From contig JAPDJH010000001.1 in NCBI GenBank assembly GCA_029259175.1, positions 96,001 through 160,000 of the forward strand: a stretch of 64,000 bases of DNA, read 5' to 3'. Below the pieces are notes generated by a model that ran no database searches, was not told where the DNA came from, and worked only from the letters and a program-made list of their open reading frames with translations. This document shows positions 39,421 to 49,961 of this stretch, one piece after another; position 1 is the first letter of the stretch, and every line of letters begins with the position of its first letter. The position numbers and the translations under genes are program-made. This DNA is from Hadesarchaea archaeon. GTDB taxonomy: Archaea > Hadarchaeota > Hadarchaeia > Hadarchaeales > Hadarchaeaceae.

Positions 39421-40431
39421 TTAAATTTTTTCTAAGAGACCTAGCCAGTCCTGCTTGCTCTTGACTAGAAATCCGCTACTTGCTAGAAAACTGCCGTCTG
39501 GACGGTCTTTGATCGGCACGATGTGGATCGGATACTTCCCCTCTGGATCCAGCTCCTTTATTTTAGGATGCGCTCGAACCGCCTTCTCGGAGAAGATTCC
39601 GAGCCCAGCATAGATCTCTATTCTCCTTTTTTCTTTTCGCCCGGCCAAACGGCACTGCGCAATTATAGGAACACGAAGATCCAGACGGGCTTTCTCAACA
39701 AATCCGGGTATGTAGACGGGGGGTGGCTCGAATTCAGGAATGAGATCCCAAATTTCTTTTTCAGCTTCTTTGGTCAACACTCCAATTTCCCTGCCCAGCG
39801 GAAACAGTTTTTCGCGAATGATGCTAATGTGCTTAAAGAATGAAATCATGTGAGTAATCGGCACGCCACTCTTTACCAAGACAAAAACGTCAGAGTGCTG
39901 AACTTGAGCGCCGGGAAGCTCAAGCCAAGCTCCTTGAAATTTCGTGTCTTTAATGCTTACTCTCAGCCTGGGTTTTGTCCAATTGGCACCCGGTTTTTTG
40001 ATTTCAGAAATGTCGCGCGGGAGATATTTTTCTAAAGGCCCCCTTGTTTTGTCCACGCGCGCCTCAACTCCAAAATGCTCTTTCAAAAACTTCACGAACC
40101 CTATTTCGCCGAGCTCGCCACGCGTCGAGTCCGCCCACTTCTGTAACAGGTCGCGCTCCCCGCCGGTCCGGAAGTCTATCGAAGCATAGCTGAATGCAAG
40201 GCTGAGCCCCCGGATAACTGCTGTTGCGTACTCCTCCGTGTTCAGCCACACTAACCGATCCTGGAGGCGTGAGAGCCACTCCGCAACGTTTTCCCGTATT
40301 AGCTCGCCAACTCTCGTGGCGCTACGCACCAGCTTTTTTGACAAATCTTCCGCGGTTTCCTTTCTCAACCCGTGCTTTCTCATCACCCGTTTGACTTCCT
40401 CACGCACTTCCGCTTCCCAGTGCTTCATCAT
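39421..40431 (-). CDS. Putative type II PD-(D/E)xK restriction endonuclease
   Basis: RGELGEIGF, PRDI, VSIK; context next to a C5 MTase. Confidence 0.6.
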   Translation of the reverse strand: MMKHWEAEVREEVKRVMRKHGLRKETAEDLSKKLVRSATRVGELIRENVAEWLSRLQDRLVWLNTEEYATAVIRGLSLAFSYASIDFRTGGERDLLQKWADSTRGELGEIGFVKFLKEHFGVEARVDKTRGPLEKYLPRDISEIKKPGANWTKPRLRVSIKDTKFQGAWLELPGAQVQHSDVFVLVKSGVPITHMISFFKHISIIREKLFPLGREIGVLTKEAEKEIWDLIPEFEPPPVYIPGFVEKARLDLRVPIIAQCRLAGRKEKRRIEIYAGLGIFSEKAVRAHPKIKELDPEGKYPIHIVPIKDRPDGSFLASSGFLVKSKQDWLGLLEKI

Positions 40432-40511
40432 TACCCATCCGATGCAATAAATTTAAGTTTTAAGTGCAGGCTCTCCCAACGGCTTCAAACCCTTGTGGAA
40501 CCGCGGTTTTC

Positions 40512-41108
40512 TTAGAGGAGCTTATCAAGCTCCGCGTAGAGCTCTTTTCTAGATAAAACAGTGCTATTCGTCTTCTTGAATTTCGCGCGGATCCGCCGGA
40601 GAAGCGCACGCACGCTCTCCGGCTTAAGCTGGCGCGAGCGTTTAACCAACCAAGACATTATCCGGGGATCGTTCTTAATTGCAGAATCAAAGAACTCCAC
40701 CCAAGTTCTCCATCTCTCCTGCGAGGCAACCTCTGGTGGCATTTTTGCAAGCTCATATGAATACCGGAATATAGGATGCCGGAGAAGAGTTTTTTCTGAA
40801 AATCTATGCACCGAAGCGTGGTACTGCGCTGCTTCCAGAAACAAAAACAGCTCTGTTTGCGGGAGAGCGAAAAGCTTTCTCGCTTTCTTCCACAAGCGCT
40901 CCAACTCCTTCCCAAACCAGTACCAGTACTCGGATCCGTATCTTCTAGCATTGGGGAAGCGATTCCGCATTCTCCGCTCAATAGTTGGCACTTCGGCGCT
41001 CAAATATGCGTCCACTCTGTCGGCGGTTTCTTTTTCTTGATAGGTTATTGCACCCCCGCCTGCTTTCTTGTAAAAGGGCTCGTCGCCACGGCGTACGAGA
41101 ACGGGCAC
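40512..41108 (-). CDS. Hypothetical helical protein in the GHKL-REase operon
   Basis: Starts 2 nt after the GHKL stop; YWYWFGKEL and RWRTWVEFFD motifs. Confidence 0.6.
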   Translation of the reverse strand: MPVLVRRGDEPFYKKAGGGAITYQEKETADRVDAYLSAEVPTIERRMRNRFPNARRYGSEYWYWFGKELERLWKKARKLFALPQTELFLFLEAAQYHASVHRFSEKTLLRHPIFRYSYELAKMPPEVASQERWRTWVEFFDSAIKNDPRIMSWLVKRSRQLKPESVRALLRRIRAKFKKTNSTVLSRKELYAELDKLL

Positions 41109-41110
41109 GT

Positions 41111-43084
41111 TTATGCCCCCTTTTTCTCCAGTATGAGAGAAACCAAATCGGTTGAAGTTTTCAAAACTTCTTCAGCACTCATTTCTTTATCGAACGGTTT
41201 TAGTCCTTCCATAGCCATTATCTCAGCGACGGCGCGCGCTAGGAGCTCCACAGCATATTCATTTGTGCTTTCCTGATTTCGGCACCTCAGGCGGTACTGA
41301 GGGTGACTGGTGCTGATTTTTAACACATACCCTCCTTCTGGGTGGCTCTCTACTCTAAATTGCGGATTGAGCTCCTTTTCCCCAAATTTTCCTGAGAGCT
41401 TAGGTACATACTTGATATCGCGGAATATTCCAGTTGCTGGTGGCGGGTCCTGCTCAACCCACAGTGTAAAGATTGCTGTATCGAGTTTTTCGCCTTTATG
41501 ATGTCTTGGATGTTCCAAGCACTCTAGCTCAGCAATCAGCTTGCACCTCCCTGGTGCAAGCTTTCCTGCGCTTATCTGGACACGAAAATCTCCAATTTGT
41601 TTTTTCTCTCTTGGAGCTATATTTGCCCGCTTTTTGCGTAAAAGATCTTTGACGGTCACACCTGCCTGCTCGAGGCGCGCGCCAACTTCCACCCGCGCCT
41701 TGCAATCAGTTCTGTTTGCAACCTCTAAAGTAAACGATACTTCTTCTCCAAAATCAACGCGCGAGTAGCCTCTGGGAAGATTCAGATTTTTAAAAGCCAC
41801 ACCGATGTCCCGTGGCGAAACATGTGGGCGTCTCTTCCCTGGACGTCCTTCCGAAAGGGTAATACCTAGTTCCTTCAGCAGACGGTTAAAATCACGCAGG
41901 AGCTGGTAAAATCCGGCTGGCCTCTCTTTGACTTCAATACCCAGTTTCTCCTCAGCGAACCTGCGGAGTTCGTTAGCCAAGAATGCTCTTATTTGAGGCA
42001 CAATCCCTCGGCCAAAGGCGCTTGCCGTTCTTATGAATCCGTAGTGCGTTGGATCCTCCACTTTTTTCAGCAATTCTTCCGTGCCCATATCTCCTTCAAA
42101 AAATCCGTAGATACGATCCGCTTTCTCTGGCGGGAGATCTGTCAAATCGCTGACGGGAAATCTAGTAATAACCATTCCGCCTCGCAAGATCGCTATGCCT
42201 CGGACATCTTCTGGAGGGGGGGACTCAAGAAAACACAGATTGAGCATCTTTACGCGCGTAGACCTTTTGCCTCTCTTAAGCAGACAATCTCGCCTTATCC
42301 AAACTTTTACGCTTTTTGAATCCTCTGTCGGAAACCTCAACTCGCTCGGAACCTCAACTGTCTGCTCATCACTACCGTGCTTCAAAATTACGCGGAGAGA
42401 GCCATTTTCCAACAGTCGCCACCAAGTAGTTTGAATATACCTTTTAAACGATCCATTTAGAAAGGCTTCTTTCAGCTCTTCTACAGGGTCAACGATGATT
42501 ATCCTAGTCCCAACAGTCTGAAGAGGTTGCAAAGCAGGGAAATATTGCTTTAACATTGCTCGTGCTCTTGCTCCCTCCACGGGGTTGTCTAAATCGCCCA
42601 ACTTTCGGGCGCCCAGTCTGTACACTCCGTCCTTTCGGTAGGTATCGTACACTATAAGATGCTTTTTTGAGTTCATCACGAAAACAAATTTTCCTTGCCC
42701 CCGTGCCCCGCGCTTTGTCGGATCTGGACGCAGAAATGCGTAACCTTCAAAACGGCCCCATCTTTCTTCTTCTGGTAGATCGCGCCTCATTTCCTCCTCC
42801 GAAAGGATTCGGCCTGTAAGACCCGTTGTGCCACTGTCAGCAATAATGAAAAGCGGAGGGTTTGCTTCATCGATTAGCTCGAACCGCACTACTATCTGCC
42901 GTGCGTTAGGATCTTGGGCATCTACCGAATTCTGAAGCGCGTCCTTCTGGAGTGGATGAATTAAATTGTCTACGTGGTATAGATAGTTACGCTTGATGTT
43001 GTCAAGGACCCCCTCCCAAAAAGTAGGAGTCTGTCGTCGCGCTTCACTTATGCGCTTCTCAATTTTGTCAATGTTTACTATCAT
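41111..43084 (-). CDS. GHKL (MORC/Hsp90-like) ATPase
   Basis: DALQNSVDA, IADSGTTGL, GARGQGK, GTRIII. Confidence 0.75.
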   Translation of the reverse strand: MIVNIDKIEKRISEARRQTPTFWEGVLDNIKRNYLYHVDNLIHPLQKDALQNSVDAQDPNARQIVVRFELIDEANPPLFIIADSGTTGLTGRILSEEEMRRDLPEEERWGRFEGYAFLRPDPTKRGARGQGKFVFVMNSKKHLIVYDTYRKDGVYRLGARKLGDLDNPVEGARARAMLKQYFPALQPLQTVGTRIIIVDPVEELKEAFLNGSFKRYIQTTWWRLLENGSLRVILKHGSDEQTVEVPSELRFPTEDSKSVKVWIRRDCLLKRGKRSTRVKMLNLCFLESPPPEDVRGIAILRGGMVITRFPVSDLTDLPPEKADRIYGFFEGDMGTEELLKKVEDPTHYGFIRTASAFGRGIVPQIRAFLANELRRFAEEKLGIEVKERPAGFYQLLRDFNRLLKELGITLSEGRPGKRRPHVSPRDIGVAFKNLNLPRGYSRVDFGEEVSFTLEVANRTDCKARVEVGARLEQAGVTVKDLLRKKRANIAPREKKQIGDFRVQISAGKLAPGRCKLIAELECLEHPRHHKGEKLDTAIFTLWVEQDPPPATGIFRDIKYVPKLSGKFGEKELNPQFRVESHPEGGYVLKISTSHPQYRLRCRNQESTNEYAVELLARAVAEIMAMEGLKPFDKEMSAEEVLKTSTDLVSLILEKKGA

Positions 43085-43216
43085 CACCAAGACCTTTTTC
43101 TTCCATTTATTTAATAACTCCTCAAACGCCCAGTAATAGCAAAATGAAAAGATGCGAGCGCTGAAAGTAGCATAAAACTCAAATCCCCAAGTCATCTAGA
43201 TAAATCTGGTGAAAGA

Positions 43217-44605
43217 GTGAAGCACAAGGTTGTATCGCTGTTTTCGGGAGCCGGCGGGCTGGATTTGGGTTTTGCTTCTTCAGGAAAATTTGAAATACTG
43301 CTGGCAAACGAAATCTTGGATCCCCCAGCTGAAACTTATTCGCTGAACTTTAAAGTTGAAAAAGTAAGCCAGCGCGTGTCCCTTCCATGCATTTTGAGGT
43401 CTGATGTTGCCGACCTGGACTTCTCAACGCTTCAGGGAAGTGAGATAGACGTCGTTATAGGAGGGCCACCGTGCCAAGACTTTTCAATAGTTCGAGGACC
43501 GGCGACGGAGAGGAAGGGAGTGGAGGTAAAACGAGGCAGGTTGTACGCGCACTTTGTGCGGGCTTTGATAAAATTGCAACCCAAGGTTTTCGTGTTCGAA
43601 AATGTTCCAGGCTTGAAAAGCTCCAACAATGGCTTGGCATATCGAACTATTTTAGAGGATTTTAAGAATCTTGGCATTCGATGGGCGGAGGTAAAGGAAG
43701 TTCTGGAGAAGCAGAACGGCAACGGGAAGAGCGTCGGCTACGAAGTAGTGTTCAGCGAAGTAGTGAATATGTCAAAATTGGGAGTTCCTCAAGCGCGGGA
43801 GAGGCTTATCATCGTCGGCGTGAGGCGTGATATTCTTCATGCAGGAGGTGGCGCTCGTTTGTGGAGGCTGGCTCAGCACCTCCGCACGGTCCTTAGCGGT
43901 TGTGGAAAAGCGGTTTCAGACTGCCCTCTAACCCCCATCGAAGCTTTTGAAGGGAAGCCTCTCCCAGAACTCCAAAGCGTATACGAGGACGTGATGAGGG
44001 AATATGCTGATGTCTTTTCCGAAGTTGCTACATCGACAGCGAAGGAGTGGAAGCGAAAAGTCTGGGACCGCCTCACGTTCGACGCGGTGAGAGACTACAC
44101 ATATATAAACGAAATAAAAGTGCCAGAAAACTGGCTTGAAAATGCCTTTAAGGAGCACGCGGAGCTTCTCGAGGAGCTTGGATACAAAGGCGTCAAAGTG
44201 GCGGAGATAGCGCCTCCAGACGGAAGCAATGCTAGGCCGAAAGAGTCCCGAACCGTCATCGAAAGGCTTAAGAGAATTCCGCCCGGGGCGAACCACGAAT
44301 TTGTAAGGGGAACCAAATGGGAGGTTGAAGGGCGGGGCATGAGCCTCATATACCGGCGCATCTTTCCCCTGAAGCCTGCGTATACGGTAGTAGCGTACGG
44401 TGGCGGTGGAACGTGGGGGTATCACTACGAGCGGGATCGAGGAATGCTTACCAACCGAGAACGGGCCCGGCTTCAAACATTTCCCGACTGGTTTTTGTTC
44501 TGCGGAGGGTGGGCGCAAGTTCGAGCGCAGATAGGCGAAGCTGTTCCGCCTCTTGCAGCAAAAAGGATTGCTAGCGCGCTTGATGAATTCTTGAAGCATG
44601 TCTGA
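43217..44605 (+). CDS. dcm: C5-cytosine DNA methyltransferase
   Basis: LFSGAGG, GGPPCQ, FENV, QARER, RERARLQTFPD, QIGEAVPP. Confidence 0.95.
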   Translation: MKHKVVSLFSGAGGLDLGFASSGKFEILLANEILDPPAETYSLNFKVEKVSQRVSLPCILRSDVADLDFSTLQGSEIDVVIGGPPCQDFSIVRGPATERKGVEVKRGRLYAHFVRALIKLQPKVFVFENVPGLKSSNNGLAYRTILEDFKNLGIRWAEVKEVLEKQNGNGKSVGYEVVFSEVVNMSKLGVPQARERLIIVGVRRDILHAGGGARLWRLAQHLRTVLSGCGKAVSDCPLTPIEAFEGKPLPELQSVYEDVMREYADVFSEVATSTAKEWKRKVWDRLTFDAVRDYTYINEIKVPENWLENAFKEHAELLEELGYKGVKVAEIAPPDGSNARPKESRTVIERLKRIPPGANHEFVRGTKWEVEGRGMSLIYRRIFPLKPAYTVVAYGGGGTWGYHYERDRGMLTNRERARLQTFPDWFLFCGGWAQVRAQIGEAVPPLAAKRIASALDEFLKHV

Positions 44606-44650
44606 ACTCGCTATCGACTTTTTAATTTGCCCGGAAGCAAATAAAAAATC

Positions 44651-45325
44651 GTGCGGGCGCAAGAGAAGAAGACTGAGTTCAGAAAGCAGATGATCAAGTG
44701 GTACAGAAGATACGGAAGGCACGATCTTCCGTGGAGGAAGACTTCCGATCCTTGGAAAATACTGCTAGCTACATTAATGCTCAGAAAAACAACAGCTCGG
44801 CAAACAGAGAAGATTTATAAGAAGTTCATAGAGCGCTATCCCAATCCCCAAAGCGTGTGTTCTGAAAGCGAGAAGAAAATCAGGTCAGTGATACGCCCGC
44901 TGGGGATAGAACACCAGCGCGCGCGCCTGATAAAGCGCTTGGCCTCAGAAATTGTGGAAAAATTTGGGGGAAATGTGCCAGCAGATATGCGCAAGCTGAA
45001 GTTACTTAAAGGGGTTGGCGAATACACCGCTTCAGAAGTTCTGCTTGTAGCTTACGGCGAGCCACGACCGCTTTTAGACCGTAACATGATTCGAGTAATA
45101 GAGAGAGTCTTCGGCATAAAATCAAAAAAAGCGCGACCCCACACGGATGCACAACTTTGGAAATTCTGTAAGAGCTTGCTTCCAAAGGATCCGGAGCTGG
45201 CAAAGGAATTTAACTACGGGGTGCTGGACTTTGCTAGCTCAATCTGCCAAATCACGCCGAAGTGCGAACGTTGCCCGCTACGCTTAATCTGCTATTATTT
45301 TGCCAGACGGAAAGTTGGCGCTTAA
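44651..45325 (+). CDS. HhH-GPD 4Fe-4S glycosylase, Mig-type T:G mismatch glycosylase
   Basis: LPWR..DPW, LRKT, LKGVGEYTA, LDRN, C..TPKCERCPL..C; adjacent to the C5 MTase. Confidence 0.85.
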   Translation: MRAQEKKTEFRKQMIKWYRRYGRHDLPWRKTSDPWKILLATLMLRKTTARQTEKIYKKFIERYPNPQSVCSESEKKIRSVIRPLGIEHQRARLIKRLASEIVEKFGGNVPADMRKLKLLKGVGEYTASEVLLVAYGEPRPLLDRNMIRVIERVFGIKSKKARPHTDAQLWKFCKSLLPKDPELAKEFNYGVLDFASSICQITPKCERCPLRLICYYFARRKVGA

Positions 45326-45453
45326 TCTTCATCAGAGCGCGACCGTTCTCGTCCCGAACGAAATCCTTTTTCTGTGCTCTCTTACCACGCAAGAAGATTC
45401 GAGCGGTTTATGCCCTTTTCCGCTTTCGGGATTTGGACACTCTTCGCTGGATG

Positions 45454-45467
45454 CCCCCCGCGGGACC
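45454..45467 (+). repeat. att-like copy 1 of the tRNA-Tyr 3' end
   Basis: ccccccgcgggacc identical to 22701-22714 (16/17 when extended left). Confidence 0.75.
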
Positions 45468-45604
45468 TGCTCTTCCTACCAATCTGGGAAATTATAGGGC
45501 TTCTTTTTCGCAAAAAGGCTGCGTAAATCCTGCTTTGGTTTTACACATCCTGGCTATTTCACGATTAGATTTATATTTCACGAAAAATGAGGTAGACCGA
45601 CGCT

Positions 45605-47206
45605 ATGGGCAGGAACCCCGTCACGCGAAACGAAATAGCGAAGGTTCTTTCCGACCTCAAGCCGAGGAGCGTGAGAGAAATAGCCGAGGAAGCAGGTCTC
45701 ACTCCAAAAGTCGTTGGGGCTGCCCTGGACCGGATGTGGAGGGCAGGGCTGGTGCTCCGGACGAGGCAGCCCATCCGAGAGCGAACGAAGATCTTCAGGG
45801 GACGAGCTGGGACGAGTGAGAACCTGCGGTCCTACTACCTCTATGTGCTGAAGCCCGAAGGGAAGGAGAGGTTGAGAATTGGGGAACACGAGTTCGTCCC
45901 ATTCTCCACAGAGTACTTGGATGTGCGGGGAGGGGGGAGGATCAGCAAAGCGAAGCTGATTCTGGAGTTCCTGCGGAAGCACCGGGACAGGGCGTGGTTC
46001 TCCGTCGAGATAGCGGAGGCGCTGAAGGACAAGGGCGTGAAGGTGCGGGACATCATGCCCACCGTAAGGCGCTACCAGCGGAGGGGGCTGGTTTTCGTGA
46101 AGGGATTTACAACGGCTGGCGGGCGGGAGACCCCGACCGAGTATGGGTATGTCATCACTTGGCTTGATCGTGACAAGCCGATTGAGCGGGCGATTGAGGA
46201 GGCGCTGAAGCGGTATGAAGCCGCCCTGAACCGCAAGCGGCTCGAGTCACCTACGGTCGAGCGCTACAACCGCGTCCGCGAGCTTATCATAACCCAATCC
46301 AAGCTCGGGCACCTTACCGATGTGGAGTACATCACGAACCAGCTCCGCTGTTCGAGGTATCAGGCTCAGGATGCCCTTAAGAGGGTTCAGCAGCTCTTCG
46401 GCGACATAAAGGAGGTCAAGCTCTTCGACCTCTACAAGTTCTACTACCACGAGTCGATGCCGGAGGCGAAGCTCAGGGCAGCGATAAAGATGAAGGAGCA
46501 GTACATACGGGCACATGGCGGGCGGAAGCACCGTTATGGGCACAACTGGGAAGCGGTGGTGGAGTGGTTCGTCGAGACTTTCACTCCCGGGGCACGCTTC
46601 TGGGAGCAAAAGCACAGGGGGGAAGGGATGGATCCGCGGAGGATAACCCTCTACTTGATAAAGAATGTGGGGAAGCGGAGGCGACGGGCGGAGGTTGACC
46701 GCGTGTGGGAGGTGCGGGAGGATCCCTTCAGCCCACCGACCGTCAATGTGCTCTCCTGTAAAGCGGGGGTGGTGCGCAAGCAGGACATAGAGGACTTCTT
46801 TGAGGTTCTGCGCTGGAGCAAGGAGTTCGGGGCGGACACCCCGGACGGGAGGGTGATAAAGCAGGGAGTCGTCGGGAAGTTCGCCGCCGAGACCTTCGAC
46901 CCGCGTGAGAAAGTCAAGCTGAAGGACGGGACGGAGATAACCCTCTCCCAGTACGCGAGCAGGCTTGGCATCACCCTCATCAAGGCTTCCGACTTCAACG
47001 AAATGATGCGGAAGTGGGGATGTTCCCCGAAGGTGAATGTCCAGAAGATTTGTAAGTGGGCCAAGAACGAGAAAGAGGTCAGGGAGATCTTGACATCGAT
47101 TTACCAGAATCCATCGCGAGCCGAAGAAATCTTGGAAAAAGTTAGAGAACGAAACCTTCCGCTTTACCAGTTTGAGAAAAAACTTGAGGAGAGTGGAAAA
47201 TGTTAG
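45605..47206 (+). CDS. Multi-wHTH protein with C-terminal Mrr-like PD-(D/E)xK domain
   Basis: SVREIAEEAGL, FSVEIAEAL; G.NWE, EVD, VLSCK. Confidence 0.6.
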   Translation: MGRNPVTRNEIAKVLSDLKPRSVREIAEEAGLTPKVVGAALDRMWRAGLVLRTRQPIRERTKIFRGRAGTSENLRSYYLYVLKPEGKERLRIGEHEFVPFSTEYLDVRGGGRISKAKLILEFLRKHRDRAWFSVEIAEALKDKGVKVRDIMPTVRRYQRRGLVFVKGFTTAGGRETPTEYGYVITWLDRDKPIERAIEEALKRYEAALNRKRLESPTVERYNRVRELIITQSKLGHLTDVEYITNQLRCSRYQAQDALKRVQQLFGDIKEVKLFDLYKFYYHESMPEAKLRAAIKMKEQYIRAHGGRKHRYGHNWEAVVEWFVETFTPGARFWEQKHRGEGMDPRRITLYLIKNVGKRRRRAEVDRVWEVREDPFSPPTVNVLSCKAGVVRKQDIEDFFEVLRWSKEFGADTPDGRVIKQGVVGKFAAETFDPREKVKLKDGTEITLSQYASRLGITLIKASDFNEMMRKWGCSPKVNVQKICKWAKNEKEVREILTSIYQNPSRAEEILEKVRERNLPLYQFEKKLEESGKC

Positions 47207-47268
47207 AAAATCTATGTAATGAAGCCATAGAATTGAGAGTTTATACTAATGGAAAGACTAAGTAGAAT

Positions 47269-47691
47269 TTGGTGAGCGCTGTGAAACATTGGTTGTGTAT
47301 CACCAACGAAGCCAATTGGGCGGTTGTGAAAACCAAGAAAGTATGGGGTGTTAATTCGAAACACGAAAAAGTAATGAATATGGTAGAGAAAGACGATAAA
47401 TTAGTTTTTTATGTGAAGCCTTTACGCATTGGAGGTATTTTCACCGCAATTTCCAAACCATATAAGGATGAGACTCCTATTTTTTCTGGAGGAGAATTTC
47501 CTTACAGAGTTAAGATTAAACCACTCGTGCTCCCGAAAAAATTCCTCGACTTTTACTCATTGTTTGGAAGACTCAAATTCATCACTCAAAAGAAGAAAAA
47601 AGGTTGGGGCGGGCACTTACAAGGAAAAGCTATGCGAATTATTCCAAAAGAAGATTTTGACTTGATCAAAAGAGAATTAGAGCGGATTTAA
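47269..47691 (+). CDS. EVE domain protein
   Basis: HWLCITNEANW....VWGV...DKLVFYV...FPYRVKIKP...LQGKAMR.I. Confidence 0.88.
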   Translation: MVSAVKHWLCITNEANWAVVKTKKVWGVNSKHEKVMNMVEKDDKLVFYVKPLRIGGIFTAISKPYKDETPIFSGGEFPYRVKIKPLVLPKKFLDFYSLFGRLKFITQKKKKGWGGHLQGKAMRIIPKEDFDLIKRELERI

Positions 47692-47703
47692 AGGTGATTT
47701 TTA

Positions 47704-49155
47704 ATGGAAGTGAATACTTCTGTAGCTGATTACACAACTTTCAAAAGTCAAAAAGAAAAGCATTTTGTAAGAAAAGAAAAAGTTTTTGGTCAGTTTATGA
47801 CTCCCGCCGAGGTGGCGGGTTTTATTGTAAGTTTCGCGATCCAATCACTCGAATATAAACCCAAGCTTGCCATTGATCCGGCGTGTGGCGATGGAATTTT
47901 TTTGAGAGAGCTTGTGAGAGCTGGAGTTCCCCATATTGTGGGTATTGATATAGATCCCGAAGTATCGGAATCGATCCCTCCGGATATTAAATCTCAGCCT
48001 AATGTAGAACTTATTATCCCCCAAGACGGGTTGGAGGACTCGAGATATGAAGGAAAAGCAGACATTGTCGTAGGCAATCCTCCTTTCAGTGCCAAATATG
48101 GGCGGATAAAAGACACCCGACTCTCGAATTTTGAATTAGGGAAACAAAAGACAAGTCAGGCAATAGAAATTTTATTTTTGGAGAAGTTTATACGATTAGC
48201 CAAAAACGGAGGGGTGATAGGAATCATTCTGCCTTTCGGTATTTTTGCCAATTTACCACTTCGGGATGTTCGAGAATTTATATTAAAAAACACCGAAGTT
48301 CTTGCCGTGGTTTCTTTACCACGTTTCATCTTTAGAAGCGTCTCCAACACAAGTTCGAAGACCTGTATTTTATTTGCCAGAAAGAGAAACTCTCCAAACA
48401 CTAAAGAAGTCTATATGTCTATTGTGAATCGAATAGAGGAATTGCCACTCCTTCTGGACAGAAAAGAACACGAATCACCAATGGCAAAATTTGTAAAATT
48501 AGAAGACCACATCCTTTATCCAGAATACTATCTTCTGTTTTCCGAACTCCCCAAAACATCATATCCGACAATGAAGTTAGGAGACTTGGTCGATATCTCC
48601 TGTGGCAGAACAGAATATGGGGAAAAGAGAAAATTCGTAGAAAAAGGCATTCCCTTTATTTCAGCAAAAACTGTTACGCAGCTCGGCATAGATTTCTCAC
48701 GAGATAGGAAGTTTGTCGAGCCTGGCAGTGAAATGGATAAGAAGAGCGCTCGTGTTAAGGTTGGCGATGTCGTCTTTGTTAGGGTTGGTGTTGGGTGTAT
48801 CGGAAGAGCAGCCGTAATTACAGATGAAAATGATCTTGGGGTTGTGGATGATTGGTCATACATCTTAAGAACGAAAAGAAACACTATTTCTCCATATTTC
48901 TTAGTTTTTTACCTCCAATCAAATTTCGTGCGCTCACTAATAAAAAAGTTAAGTAGAGGAGTTGGGACGGTGACCCTCCCACAAGCTCTTTTGAAACAAA
49001 TACGAATTCCTATTCCTGAAAAAGAGATTGAGAGAAAGCTTAAAAAAATTTATTTAGAGATGGTTAACGCGAGAAGAAAAGGAAAAACAATTCTGGCGAA
49101 AAAGAAATTTGAAGAAGGATTGTCCCTGTTAAAAAAAGAAGTTTTTCAAGAGTGA
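47704..49155 (+). CDS. N6-adenine MTase (gamma class) fused to an HsdS-like TRD
   Basis: GQFMTP, DPACGDG, GNPPF; KLGDLVDISCG..IPFI..GDVVF.R.G..IG..PYFL..YL.S. Confidence 0.88.
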   Translation: MEVNTSVADYTTFKSQKEKHFVRKEKVFGQFMTPAEVAGFIVSFAIQSLEYKPKLAIDPACGDGIFLRELVRAGVPHIVGIDIDPEVSESIPPDIKSQPNVELIIPQDGLEDSRYEGKADIVVGNPPFSAKYGRIKDTRLSNFELGKQKTSQAIEILFLEKFIRLAKNGGVIGIILPFGIFANLPLRDVREFILKNTEVLAVVSLPRFIFRSVSNTSSKTCILFARKRNSPNTKEVYMSIVNRIEELPLLLDRKEHESPMAKFVKLEDHILYPEYYLLFSELPKTSYPTMKLGDLVDISCGRTEYGEKRKFVEKGIPFISAKTVTQLGIDFSRDRKFVEPGSEMDKKSARVKVGDVVFVRVGVGCIGRAAVITDENDLGVVDDWSYILRTKRNTISPYFLVFYLQSNFVRSLIKKLSRGVGTVTLPQALLKQIRIPIPEKEIERKLKKIYLEMVNARRKGKTILAKKKFEEGLSLLKKEVFQE

Positions 49156-49270
49156 TTACTTTTCCAATAGCGGTTTGTTTTAAACTCAGGGGAGGACTTG
49201 AGGGTCAGGACCCAAGCAGTTAAAAACTTTCCACCATTATTAAGCAGGGGCCTGTGAAGGTGGTAAGAAC

Positions 49271-49936
49271 ATGGGTATTAAATGTAGAGTTCTTTCCGAT
49301 GACCAAAGAAATATTGTGGTAGAATTACCTATTACTTTGCCCACAGCCTTAGTTAGAATTAAAGATAAGGATGGAAATCCAGTTGGGAGTGTTAGACAAC
49401 AAAATCTAAGGAAAGGGTGGTATATCGAATGGCAAATTTCATATTTTGATGAAAATAAGGAACTTGTGGAATTAGGGGAAATGTTCAGACTACTGGTAGA
49501 ATTCGGAAAACTCAACGAAGCAGAAATAAAAGAACTTTACCAAAACATTCAAAAAAGGAACACATTTTTTGAAGAAATTTTTTCTGTTTGTTTAGAAGAG
49601 AGTAAAAAACCACCAGAATTCGAAGGGTTTGTGTTATGGTATAGGAAAAACCCAATTTTGAGAAAATATCTTTCTGATGGTTCCATCATCCACATAGAGT
49701 TAAGACATAAACAAAAAGCTGTGGGATACCAAGCTATGTTGTATCTATTTATTCCCATAGAAAATGTGAGATCGAAGGAAGGCGAATTGATAATAAACCG
49801 TCCCGCACGTCAAAAAGAGGTCGTTGTGTGGTTTCCAAAAAAAGAACACATTATAGAACTTGTAAAAGCGTTTTCTTGTATGTCGAGAAAGCATTTCGAG
49901 GATATTATGTCTATAGTTAGGAGTTTTCTTTGTTAA
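49271..49936 (+). CDS. R.PabI-family (HALFPIPE) restriction DNA glycosylase
   Basis: LPIT.PT, YIEWQISY, HKQKAVGYQAMLY..IP, S..H..DI. Confidence 0.88.
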   Translation: MGIKCRVLSDDQRNIVVELPITLPTALVRIKDKDGNPVGSVRQQNLRKGWYIEWQISYFDENKELVELGEMFRLLVEFGKLNEAEIKELYQNIQKRNTFFEEIFSVCLEESKKPPEFEGFVLWYRKNPILRKYLSDGSIIHIELRHKQKAVGYQAMLYLFIPIENVRSKEGELIINRPARQKEVVVWFPKKEHIIELVKAFSCMSRKHFEDIMSIVRSFLC

Positions 49937-49961
49937 TTACCAAAAATGCCCAGAGGAGAAC

